This document shows positions 1 through 11,661 of a DNA stretch of 64,000 bases, in pieces. The DNA comes from Enoplolaimus lenunculus (Eukaryota). The position numbers were made by a program, and so were the translations under genes. The notes beneath the pieces are model-generated. The model saw nothing but the letters and a program-made list of their open reading frames with translations, ran no database searches and had not been told where the DNA came from. The first letter of the stretch is position 1. Each line of letters begins with the position of its first letter. The stretch spans positions 496,001 to 560,000 of the forward strand of contig JASANG010002537.1 of assembly GCA_030248215.1 (NCBI GenBank), written 5' to 3'.

Positions 1-1135
1 TTAACTAATTTGTCATAATCGGCAATTTTTCAGTTGAGTAGCGGTTAAACATCCTACTAGAAATGTTACTTTTATCCGGTATCACGACAATTCGCTGCTC
101 TACTGACAACTTGTAATTCGAAATTTTGTCTACTTATGTCTAAACTTAGGGAGCTGTGTATGGTGACGAACGGCACCGTACAGGGGACGAACGGGACGTC
201 ATCAAAAGTATAGCGTTACCCTATGTCCAAACGCAAATATTAGTCTACAGTTTTATAATCATTCACCATTCTATTATCAGTTTCAAGCGAAAATGTAGGG
301 CGATAAAAGTAGCCTGAGCTGTGAAACGCTACTTTTGTCACTGTGGCCTATAATGATGCACTTTTAATACAAGTTTGATAGTGTTTGCTTCGTAATTATT
401 CGTGTGTTGTAGATTAAAAATTAAACGACAGATTAAATCACATCAAGAGCAGGGTGCTGACAACAATTAGCAGGAGTTCATAGGTTGGAGCCCCACGAAA
501 AATAATGAATGCAATAAATGCATAGAAAAAATATAAGAACGTACAATACCAATAAATTCTAACGCTGACAGCATCACAATGTCGTTTCGCAGGCATTCGA
601 CTGAGGCCATTCGACTCGAAATATTTTTATTTAACGAAATATTTTGATATAAACAATGGGGGTTTTAGAGCGTTCAATGAATTCGCCCCAAACTTCGCCC
701 CTGTATGAATCAAGCGGTTTCGAAAATGTTTCCTTTCAAACTGGGCAGATATCAGCGTTATGCGTTCTGTTTTATGCAATTTTTTCCGTAATACAGACCT
801 CCAAATAATCATAGCTACACTGGCCGCCGCGATTATCGGCTTCAAGCTCAAATTTCTCTGTAAAATCCACATGGATCAAGTGATTTCGTGTCGGAGCGTA
901 TATGACCTAAAAACAAAGGGCACATGCTAAAACTATTTGAGTCACTTTTTAGATAAATCGTAAATGAAAAAATTCAAAAATATACGTGAATTTCTAAACG
1001 ACAACGCCTAAAAGTTGTAACCAAACTCTGGCTTCGCTCCAAAATGGCACGCTGTGCCCGATGCGTTCCTTCTTTTAATTTTTAAATTAGAACAGAATAG
1101 CATATAAAATTTACATCAGCCAAGCATAGATTATG

Positions 1136-1387
1136 CACTGTAAATTTCAGTGAGTTGATTTTAACTCAGAATGAGTTGAATCACTCAGTCTGCGTTAGGA
1201 CTTTCAGAACTCAGAAATTTTAGTTGATTCAATTCATTCTGAGTCAGTGAATCAACACCCTCAGAGTTAGCTCAACTCAGAGTGTGAGTCAATTAAACTC
1301 AGAGTGAGTTAATGTTTACTGATATTAATTCAGAAATAACCAACTCGCTAGCTGAATTGATTAATCAACTCATTGGAATGTGCAGTG
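1136..1387. mobile_element. MITE with CACTG-starting imperfect TIRs and internal ACTCAGA-like repeats
   Basis: Left end CACTGTAAATTTCAGTGAGTTGATT versus reverse complement of right end CACTGCACATTCCAATGAGTTGATT. Confidence 0.65.
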
Positions 1388-1496
1388 TGCATCTCAACGC
1401 ATTGGACTTCAGGACCGGGTAAAGGTAGCGTTACAACCTTAAACAAATAGGGTCGATACAAAGGAATATCCACCTAAAATCAGATTTTCGTCTCAC

Positions 1497-1720
1497 CTTG
1501 ATACAGTCAACATTATCCGGATAGTATTGAGGATATCTTGGCGTGGTAAATGTTTGATTATTATTGTAATCGTACGAAAACGTTCCACATACGTCAAGTT
1601 TGGTCACAATTGACTGAATGCCTTGTGACAAATCGTTCACTGTTTTGGCGTCATTGAGCGGATCGACTGATTCTAACGCTGCTTGTGCCAAGCCGCCTTC
1701 GTCCGAAACAACAAAAAATG
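1497..1720 (-). CDS. Internal exon of a CUB-domain extracellular or membrane protein (possibly NETO/MIG-13-like); gene incomplete in this window
   Basis: Acceptor tttttttcag at 1721-1730 and donor AAG|gtgag at 1497. Translation ends KLDVCGTFSYDYNNNQTFTTPRYPQYYPDNVDCIK, matching the CUB N-terminal pattern C-x(n)-F-T/S-P-x-Y-P-x-x-Y-P-x-N-x-x-C. Flanking exons not found. Confidence 0.75.
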
Positions 1721-1882
1721 CTGAAAAAAACAGAAACTGGATGCTAAATTTTAATGCGATTTGATTACAAACGTTTAAATTAACTTTTATCAGTAATTAT
1801 ACAAGCATAAGACAGCAGCAAATACTGCGAAACAGGCGGTATAACGTAAGACTCTTTACAGAAAATCAGTCATCGCAAAATA

Positions 1883-2152
1883 TTAACCCTTTCTCACATG
1901 AATATTTTCTATTTCATCGAGACCTACTTTTATGCTAGGATTCGAACTCCAGTGACTGGAGTGGGAGGCGTATACCATCACCACTCAGCTATAGGAGCTG
2001 GACGCTCTAGCCCGAGGGGGCTCTCACGTCTTGTGGTGGTTTAGTACTATGTATACGTGTTGCAATTGTTAAACACGGTGCGATATATATTATTTACCGT
2101 ATATACACTGCGCTGAGTTGCCTATAGGCAACTCAATGTGAGAAGGGGTTAT
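1883..2152. mobile_element. TTAA-flanked piggyBac-like MITE with internal tRNA-derived segment (copy 1)
   Basis: TTAA + CCCTTTCTCACAT ... ATGTGAGAAGGGG + TTAT. Nearly identical to 10363-10633. Perfect palindrome TGAGTTGCCTATAGGCAACTCA at 2114-2135. Confidence 0.85.
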
Positions 2153-2177
2153 AGATAGTAAACTGAAATTTTTTCGC

Positions 2178-2248
2178 TTAACCCTTTCTGACATGATTGA
2201 CGCTCGAGCCCGAGGGGGCTCTCACGTCTTGTGGTGATTTAGTACTAT
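2178..2248. mobile_element. Deleted partial copy of the TTAA MITE, lacking the tRNA-like part
   Basis: TTAACCCTTTCTGACATG joined directly to TTGACGCTCGAGCCCGAGGGGGCTCTCACG. Confidence 0.75.
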
Positions 2249-2508
2249 GGGTTCGCAATAAAAAATGGTTCGCACCTTGTAGTAACATGAGCCGTTTTAA
2301 AATTGTGCCTCCAAAAATTAGCAGAAAAATTAATAAACCTACGTTTGCTGCAAATAGCGACAATGGCGATCAAAATTGCACAGTTAGGTCTCGTTGATAC
2401 GTAAATGTGATTAATAACTGATTTCATTTAAAATTTCTAAAAATATTGTTAGTTTAGTTTATATATAGGTAAGAAATTAAACTTAGATAATAGTGTTCTA
2501 TTGTTTGC

Positions 2509-2903
2509 CAGGGTGTAAACGGATAGTAAAAATAACGGAAACGGATAGTGATCAAAATAACGGAAACGGAAATGGAAAACAAATATTGAAGTACAAAAGT
2601 TTCAAAAATGTGTTTTATTTTTCTGCCAACACAATTGAACAATGCATAAATTCTCCGGTCTTTAAAAGATTTAAAAAATAGCGAAAGCATCGAATTTTTT
2701 ACGATTTTGGATGAATTTCGTGATTCTGTTTTCATTTCGAACAATTGCAGGATATCTATAACAAAACACGCGAGATATATACGTGATTTATAACCGTAAA
2801 AACTAACGTAATTTCCGTTATTTCTATTACGGAAACGAAAACGGAAACGGACACCGATTTTTACCGGAAATGGGAACGGAAACGAATATCCGGTTACACA
2901 CTG
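2509..2903. mobile_element. hAT-like MITE, CAGGGTG family
   Basis: CAGGGTGTAAACGG...CCGGTTACACACTG. Flanks TTGTTTGC and ATGTTTAC (6/8 TSD match). Internal ACGGAA repeats. Confidence 0.7.
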
Positions 2904-2973
2904 ATGTTTACTGGTTAGCTGCATTAGGTCAAAGCTGACAAATCAGTGTTTATAAAACCATATTAGTGATATA

Positions 2974-3772
2974 AAACTAGAAAAAATTGCTCAGCACTTG
3001 AGCAGCATGGAACATGCTTCAAATTCCTATTAAAAGGATAGTAACTAGACCAGCACATTCGTTCGATGTAACCTGGAAAATATTAAGAAACAATGGCGTC
3101 CAAAATCATGTTGACTATTAATTCTTCTGAAACATATTGCGGATAGCAAATCTATTTTTATGTTGAAAGTTTTTGGCAGATTTATTAGGCATTTTATGAA
3201 ATTTCCTGGATAATGGCTGAGTTACAGAGACAACATGGCTGAAGTAGAGCGATCTTTGCTTTTGCCAGATTAGTCGATGCTGCCAGAATACGGTGAGAAT
3301 TTTGAGCCTCTAGTCGTGACTATGCAGTGAAACAAATAACTCGGTAGACCTGTAAACTTGTTTGTTTGTCCCTAAGGTTAAAGGTCGGCTAAAGTCGACA
3401 ACGCCTTGTTTGAGAAAGTATCTAAAACAAAATTGGTCATCAATGCTCTAACTCACCAATTATGTTGCCATGCAGTGTTCTTATGAAATTCAATTAACTA
3501 TGTTAATAGAGAGCCAAAGGTGAGCTTAATACGTCCTTGTAGAAAACTTCAATACACATTTTAAGCAAAACAATTGTTTCTTACAAAAAGAAAATTACAG
3601 AAATTTTGCTATCCGCAATATGTTTCAGAAGAATTAATAGTCAACATGATTTTGGACGCCATTGTTTCTTAATATTTTCCAGGTTACATCGACTGGTGTA
3701 GTTACTATCCTTTTAATAGGAATTTGAAGCATGTTCCATGCTGTTCAAGTGCTGAGCAATTTTTTCTAGTTT
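2974..3772. mobile_element. Foldback/MITE-like element with ~170-bp inverted arms
   Basis: 2974-3150 is the near-perfect reverse complement of 3606-3772 (a few substitutions and one ~10-bp indel). No clear TSD. Confidence 0.8.
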
Positions 3773-3971
3773 CAACCGCTTTACCAAGCTGCTGATTAAT
3801 CCATCAATCTGAACAATGAAAAATGAGAAACCTGTTTAAACTAAATACAGAGTTTCAATAAATCGTTTGCATGACAGAAACTTTTATCCTGACAACAAGC
3901 GCCTAACCAACGTATTTGTATAAAACCAACCATTGGGGCGAAACAACCACGGGGTGACATTGTTCGTTGGG

Positions 3972-4425
3972 TAAACCAACCGTTGGGGTGAAGTCGGCCA
4001 TTGGGGTGAAACCAACCGTTGGGGTGAAACCAACCGTTTGGGTGAAACCGACTGTTGGGGTGAAAGCAACCGTTGGGGTGAAACCGACTGTTGGGGTGAA
4101 AGCAACCGGTGTGGTGAAACCGACTGTTGGGTGAAAGCAACCGTTGGGGTGAAACCGACTGTTGGGGTGAAACCAACCGTTGGGGTGAAACCAACCGTTG
4201 GGGTGAAACCAACCGTTGGGGTGAAACCGGCTGTTGGGGTGAAACCAACCGTTGGGATGAAACAGACTGTTGGGGTGAAACCAACCGTTGGGGTGAAACC
4301 GACTGTTGGGGTGAAACTAACCGTTGGGGTGAAACCGACTCTTGGGGTGAAACCAACCGTTGCGGTGAAACCGACTGTTGGGGTGAAACCAACCGTTGGG
4401 GTGAAACCGGCAGTTGGGGTGAAAC
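3972..4425. repeat. 18-bp minisatellite GGGGTGAAACC(AACC/GACT)GTT, about 25 units
   Basis: Tandem array directly visible; explains the overlapping repetitive ORFs on both strands. Confidence 0.95.
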
Positions 4426-5597
4426 AAAATTTAAACGAAATAGGTCTGCTATTACTTGAGTACCAACATGCAAACTAAACTGAAAATACGCACTTGAGAA
4501 GCGCGAACCATATATATGAACACTATCGTGTTCTTATGATTTGTACCAAATCTTACTAAAACATTAAAAATTGAACTATAAAAATACTACCCATATTTAG
4601 AAAAGTTGAAAACCGTAGTGGATCCAGAAATTTCTGATGGACGGGTATTTGGCAATGCGCCTTTTTTACCGATAATTACCAAGACAAACATTTGGTATTG
4701 TACAAGTCTATCACACAGAGCACTATATAATTCAAAAATGTTTTCCAAACAGGTCCAAGATGGCTAGTGGCCCACAAAGAAGTATTAATTTGTTCTCCTT
4801 CTTTTAGAAATTTCGTTGGTATACATTTAGTTTGCACCGCTCTAGCAGCACTTATTCAACATTTTACTGCAGTGCCAGATACGGTCACACCATACAAATA
4901 GCGGCGACTTGAGAAATTTCTAACGGACGAGTGCGATACATTTTAAAACAAAGCCTGCATGCAAAACGAACTAAAAGCCAGACGCAATTTTAGTACTAAA
5001 TTAGTATAACATGTTTTGCATTAGATCACTGTTATTGGCGCAAAGGCCTCGCTGCCGCCCCTTCTTGCATTCGTTGGTGCACACAAATATGAAACGCCAA
5101 AAACCAGGCTAATGCGGCCGAGAGTTTCTTTGGCTCGGCTTCCATCACTACTGATATTTACGACTGCCATGATACAAAAATACGGCCAAAAACATGGCTA
5201 CAGATATAGACGTGGTCCACTGGGGCGTGAATGTTGTCGCTGTACCGCTAATCGCATGTGATAAACTGGAGGTCTTAGAACATTTTAATATCTCTATGAA
5301 GATTTATTAGGCATAACTTGGTAGGTTTCATAAGCTCAAACCAATGCGTTTTAATACGATATGTTTTTGCCTGAACTGGCGGTATAAATTTAATTTATAA
5401 TACGAATACCGAAAAAACATTGTAGACGGTTAATTGAAAATATTTTCCATTATATGCAGTAATTGAAAAATTTTCAATTAATTAATTGCAGATAGTAATT
5501 CAGATCAAGCGTTTGCGTAAATTGAACATAGAAGGCATCTGGACTTAGTACTGGAAGCATTAGGCTCAGGACCTATGAACATAACATTAAATATGTA

Positions 5598-6530
5598 TTA
5601 ACTTTCTCACAATGAGTTAGCTATACGGTACTCAGCTCAGTGCAACTATGGTAAATTATATACTGCACAAAGTGCCGGAGCCGACAGTGGTGGAAGCTCC
5701 CTCCGAACTCCAGGGTGGAGGCCCTTAACGTAGAGATGTTCCCAGCATTTTTCGGTGTTTGATCTGAGGTTGCCCGAGCTCACTCTCGTATTTGATAGCT
5801 GTGAGGACACCCTGCCAAAAACAGTTTCACACAAAGTTGAAAAATGGTAGATCTCAGAAAGCAAACCCGTCTTTAGAATGAATTCAAACTTCGCGTGCAG
5901 CGCGAATACTTTTGACATTTCCTGCCAAAGTAGCTGAACAACTCGTATTTCAGCTAAAACTTCATACGATCCTCACGAACTCTATGCAGGGAAGATAGCG
6001 CGCGGCCTACCATACACCTCACTCCAAAATTATTTTCATTACCGTTCTTGAATATTCCATTTCGGTTGAGTTATATTATCTTAAGTAAAATTGTAGGCCA
6101 GCTAGTGTAGCGAGCATGAAATTTTTTCAACATTTAGCAACCTGGTAGATATTTTAAGGTCTGTCTAGTGTGTAAAGCTATTAAAAGAGTCACGGCAAGG
6201 TAGAATAGTGTCAATAACTCGCGAGCGAATTGAGCGGGACGACAGACGCCTTTCAAAAACGCGGCGGGTTTTCATTCAACCGCTTAGGGTGGGGGCCCCT
6301 TTAGGAGTGGGGTCCCCCAAATGGTGGGTATACGCGGTGACTGCTCCGGCCATGAGCGCACAGTGTTTAACAATGGCAACATGTATACCTAGTACTATAT
6401 GACAACAAGACGTGAAAATCCCTTCACGCTCGAGCGTCAGGCTCCTATTGCTGAGTGTTTAACGTGTTCCGCTCACTCCGGATCCCGATTGAAATCCTGG
6501 TATAAATGCGGGTCTCAGAACTATGTTTAA
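5598..6530. mobile_element. Diverged reverse-oriented copy of the TTAA MITE, split by a ~680-bp nested insertion (~5670-6350)
   Basis: TTAACTTTCTCACAATGAGTTAGCTATA at 5598. Similarity resumes near 6355 with GTGTTTAACAAT..CAAGACGTGA..CTCGAGCGTCAGGCTCCTATTGCTGAGTG. Confidence 0.6.
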
Positions 6531-8547
6531 GCGAAAAATTTTCAGTTTACTAAAATTATAACACTGCAACAAATTACACTATGAGTCAAACCATGAATGT
6601 GCGTGACTAATCGCAAGAGCAAAACAAGCTTTGATCATTAGACGTCTTAATTAGCCAAGGAGCGTGATCCTAAAGTAATCTTTGCAAAATTCCTGCTAAA
6701 TTTGTTGGTACCGTTCCATCTGAACAAATAAGAAAAAGCGAATACCCTAAAACCGGCACATTTATTTGCGAATGCTGCATTCGTATTTTTGTTGCAAATA
6801 TTGCTACTGCTTTGACTAGTGCTAGCTCCAAATTAAGTAAGTACTATATATTATTGATCCTTGCAAACCACTTCTTGCAAATATTAATAGATAAGCATTT
6901 ATTCAAAACAGTGCCTTAAGGCAAAGGATATCACTATTTGATATTGGCACAATCTGACACGGTGGAATATGGGATACAAAATTTATTCATTGCAATGTTC
7001 ATTAATTATTTCACTGATTCTCGACATTTTATAATGAAATATTTGAATAAGAAACGAATTCGAAATGATTGCAATAACACGTAAAATTTAATATTAGTTT
7101 TAGACTTAGGCATAGGCTTAGGCTTAGTCTAAAGTAGAAAGGGTAACGTATGGTTTGCTGGTTTTTCTGAAAATCTTAATTAGAAATAATAAAGCAGATG
7201 TGTTGTAGATCAATGATGTTTTTGAAAGTTCCAATGTCATTCTGTAGGATGGCATAGTTTTCTAACTTCAAGCAGTATATTTTTTTCGAACATGCCCTGC
7301 AACTGTATACTAGTTTCAGCGGCGGATCCAGAAATTTTTAATGTGGGGCGGGCTGGCAAATGTTATAATTAGCAAATTTACTGTATGCTATATATACCAT
7401 TGGCAGCGAAAAATTGTAAGGTAGGGACCATATCATTTTATCACAAAATAACTCTGAGGCAAATCTCGTAGGACCTTACCATTTTATCAGAAAAAATCTG
7501 ATTGAGGGTGGGGGCGAGTAGTGTTAAAACGATACTGTCAAACACCGAAAACTGATGCCATATTTTTTATATCGCTACTACTACGATACCGCGACCGATA
7601 TTTGAGATTTTACCAATACCGCGAAATTAGAAAATGCATGTTGTGCCCGTGAGTTATGCACAGATAACGTGCTTTATCGCATGAATTCTAGCGTCACTAG
7701 GAGTGTTGTAGTATAAGCGGTATTATATACATTATTTAATTTTTACTATAACGTTGATCAACCTTCAAAGATATTGTACGAATGAATCCTATAGAAAAAA
7801 AATTGAATTTTTCGAAAACCTTAAAACCTACTCTAAATTCGGTTAAAGTTTCGTATCTGACAAGTTTTTTTGCAAAAAACGTTTCGAAGATCCAAAGGCA
7901 TGAATTGAGGAAACCTGTGACCCAAGCTTTGCAGCCGTCCCTCTTGTATCGGTGACATAATTGTCGTTCAACGCAGCGGCGACCGCAAAAAATTATGTTT
8001 GTGGGTACGGAATAATTTTGCAACGCCTCTACAATTACAACTCAAGATTGTTTACTTTTACACAAAGTCATTTGGGGGGGTCACCAGCCAAGTTTGGGGG
8101 GCACGCCCACCCCCAATGCGTCTCTGTGGGGAGGATGAGTGTTAATATTCAACGTATTTCGCAAGAATATTTATATAGGCACAAAAAATCGGCTCCTCTC
8201 GCAACCAAGAAGAAAATGTTAATCCTACAGTGACCAATAATAGTCTATTATACATCAGCCTGGTTCTCGGCTTTCTTACAGTAGTAGCTGCCCCTTGAGA
8301 AGACTATCAGTGCATCGCTTTCTTAAATGTTATGTAATAATTCAACTCAATTCATATTAGAATACAGCAGAATTGTAAGTATCCGTATCGGGATGCTCGC
8401 CTAAATATCGCTACCAATACCCTTCAGGCCCGTAGGAGGGGCATTCAAGGGTTTTTAATGACTTACAAGCAAGATTAGAAATCTTCTAGGGGGAGCAAAA
8501 TTTTTGCATGTCACTACACGGTATCGCACGTGAGTTATTTGCGCAGG

Positions 8548-8824
8548 GCGCCGTACGGGTGACGGGCGATGCCGCACGGGTGGCGGACGGCGCCGCACGG
8601 GAGGCGGACGGTGCCGCACGGGTGGCGGACGGTGCCGCACGGGTGGCGGACGGTGCCGCACGGGTGGCGGACGGCGCCGCACGGGTGGCGGACGGCGCCG
8701 CACGGGTGGCGGACGGCGCCGCACGGGTGGCGGATGGCGCCGCACGGGTGGCGGACGGCGCCGCACGGGTGGCGGACAGAGCCGCACGGGTGGCGGACAG
8801 AGCCGCACGGGTGGCGGACGGCGC
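8548..8824. repeat. 21-bp GC-rich minisatellite CCGCACGGGTGGCGGACGG(C/T)G, about 13 units
   Basis: Tandem array directly visible; source of the PPPVRRR and ARVADGA ORFs. Confidence 0.95.
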
Positions 8825-9339
8825 AGTACCAATGACAAACGGCGTTGCACGTCAACAAAAGCATACCGCAACCCTAATACTTGCTTTTTAGAAAACGCTG
8901 AAAATACGTATTGTGGGCGGTTCAGCTTTAATTATATATACATCGCTGCATTTCTTTACTAAGAATGTTCGGGTGCTTTCAGGTTTATAGGTAAACTGCA
9001 CATGTGGCGTATAACAAAAAATACAGTTGAATAATTTTTGGTCAAAAATGGTAAATTTAAAATGTGATTTTGCTCGAGGCATCGCAAGTACATAGGAAAA
9101 TTGCATTGGTTTTTAAAAGCTTTTGCGAGCGCTTTTCAAATGTATACTTGTGATGGTTTTGTAATTGCTGTTGTTTTAATGGGAATTATATACATTGTAA
9201 AATTGGGGGCCTAAGCTACGTACGTACAATTTGACCCCTGGAGAAAATGTAAAATGCGAGGGCGTACTAATAATGCGAGTAAATCACGCAAATTTATATC
9301 GTAAGCAGGACATTTCCGAAATGGACTAGGAGCATCGCA

Positions 9340-10020
9340 GTCCGTTCATGTTGAAAATTTTTTGCGCATTTGAGCTTCTCATAACCTCCCGTGATCATTC
9401 CATTCTCAAATTTGAATTTTTGAAAACTTCGGTTTTTAAGGTCCCAAAAAAGTTTTAGTCAAAAAGTTACACACATTAAATACTATTCCACGCAATTTGC
9501 GAAGCTGAGTCGAGTGGTGTGCAATTGTTTGCAGTCAGAGGTGTGGACAGCGAGTTATAGTCAAATAATGATTTGGCGCCGTCCCAGGAACGTAGCTCAC
9601 CTTGCTGGGGGGGGGGGGGTAAAAGACTTCAGGAGAGCATTCAGGGGTTTTCAATCACTTACAAAAAATTGAAAATTTTGTAGGGGGCCAAAATTGTTCC
9701 AGGGGGGCTGAGCCCCCCTGTCCCCTTTGGCGGCGAGTCTGTACCGTCCCAAATCGTTGGCAGTGCGCCAAATCAGTCATTTGACAATAACTACTTCGTG
9801 TGACGGCGGCAAATTTAACACCATTCGACAGAGCTCTACAAGCTGCCTTCGAATGGTGTATATTTCGTTTAACGTTTAGACAATTTTTTGGGTTCCAGGT
9901 GGACCTCGCGACCTTAAAAAATTGAATTTTTCAAACATTCAAGTCTGAGCGTGGAATCACCAGGGAAAATCACGAGAATCTCAAATATGCGAAAATTTTC
10001 CCAAATCCAACCATTTTAGA
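9340..10020. mobile_element. Long palindromic MITE-like element with a nested hAT-like MITE (9585-9741) in its centre
   Basis: Imperfect inverted arms around ATTTGGCGCCGTCC..AAATCGTTGGCAGTGCGCCAAAT. Nested element flanked by CGCCGTCC and TACCGTCC. Relatives at about 11880-12156 and 24524-24975. Confidence 0.65.
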
Positions 10021-10362
10021 CAACACCGGCTGGGGAAGATACGCCACCCCCCATTACACGCTTCGGAGGGACGGGCCTGCCTGAAAAGTTTCTGGCGTTG
10101 GAAAACAAAATCAATTTTAAATACCTTAGACAAAAAATGTGCCCGGCTTCACACTCGATTCGATCACGAACCTCCTTACTTGCTTCCTACGGCACTTGTA
10201 CGAAGGGTATTAACGGTAAAAGATAGTCCCAAACTGAAATTAATATTCAATAGTGAATCCAGAAATTTCTGAAAAGAAAACGCTGACGCGTAAAATATAA
10301 AAGTGGAAAAAAACCCGCGACCGACGCGAGCGAGAAGCCAGACGCCGATTTAGTGTTACACC

Positions 10363-10633
10363 TTGACCCTTTCTCACATGAATATTTTCTATTTCCCCTG
10401 AGACCTACTTTTATGCTAGGATTCGAACTCCGGTGACTGGAGTGGGAGGCGAATACCATCACCACTCAGCTATAGGAGCTTGACGCTCGAGCCCGAGGGG
10501 GCTCTCACGTCTTGTGGTGATTTAGTACTATGTATACGTGTTGCAATTGTTAAACACGGTGCGATATATATTATTTAACGTATATATACTGCGCTAAGTT
10601 GCCTATAGGCAACTCAATGTGAGAAGGGGTTAA
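10363..10633. mobile_element. TTAA-flanked piggyBac-like MITE with internal tRNA-derived segment (copy 2)
   Basis: TTGA + CCCTTTCTCACAT ... ATGTGAGAAGGGG + TTAA. tRNA-like segment at 10415-10479 on the minus strand. Confidence 0.85.
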
Positions 10634-11483
10634 TACTTTATCATGGCTTCGATTCCTGTTGGGGTCTATGACGGGGTGACACCCCTTGAATATGCCAGTG
10701 TCAATATTTGAAGCGGCTACTATAATGTTTGGAATCACATGTGTCAGGCATTTGCGATTTTTTCTTTTAGGATAAACCGCGCTGCGTGCTTTTTGATGCG
10801 CGTCATACGCATATTAGCTTCCGGCGCCTTACGGCAATTCACGTACCAAGAACGATGTCACATGGTGACGGACACCGACGGGCGGCTCCGCACCAGAAAT
10901 ATAGTGCCACCCTGACTAGTGCGAATTTTATCGATGTGATGCCCCAAATCAAAATCTTGGCGACGCCCACATTTTGCTTGAATCATTATCCTAAGCCTTA
11001 GCCTAAGCCTAAACCTTTATCATAAATGTTGCCGAGAGTGTAGGTACAAAGAAGAACTCGGTTCCTGGTAGCTCGAAACCAGGGACTACCTATAACCAGT
11101 CATCAAAAATTTCAAAGGTCATAGATGAAATTTATCATAAAATACGACGCAATTTAATTTTGTTATATAAACAGATGGGTACTACTTTAATATCTGCAAG
11201 AAAAGTTGTTGCGCAACTGGTTTTGATTTTTTGCAACACCAACTACCGCCATCGTACAACATATGGTAAAAAATTAGTTAGCTATAGAGCCAAATTTGAG
11301 GCTCAAATGAAAACGGAACCGGATGTGAGGTAACAGCTATGTAGTTGTGATAGACTTAAGAGCTATTCTGTTTTAATAATCGTGAATAAAAACCTTTCAA
11401 ATTTTTTTGATATGTATTTCTGTGTGAATGTTACACAGTTGAACCCCAGGTGAGAGTTAGTTTGATTTGGAGTTACCTTTGAA

Positions 11484-11661
11484 CAGTGGCGGATCCAGAC
11501 ATTTCTGAAAGCAAAGCCGCACGAGATATGTTATAGTGAAAAAACGTCGTGAGCGGAGCAAGCGAGAAGCCAAACGTTATTTTAGTGTTAAACCTTAACA
11601 AACGCTTTATTTTGATATCTTTTAAAGGTCTGGGGGTGGGCCACGTTTGGATACGCCATTG
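11484..11661. mobile_element. hAT-like MITE, CAGTGGCGGATCC family
   Basis: CAGTGGCGGATCCAG...TGGATACGCCATTG. TSD CCTTTGAA and CATTTGAA. Related ends near 4615, 7317, 22997, 23740, 40912-41404 and 48285. Confidence 0.75.

Noticed and set aside
3841..4478. Repetitive ORFs (VSPQRL, VGVKPT, WGETN) and a CRISPR-like appearance
   Set aside because: All frames are open because of an 18-bp stop-poor unit. There are no unique spacers, no cas genes, and the context is eukaryotic.
8455..8891. Pro/Arg-rich and ARVADGA ORFs
   Set aside because: By-products of the 21-bp minisatellite; no splice or homology support.
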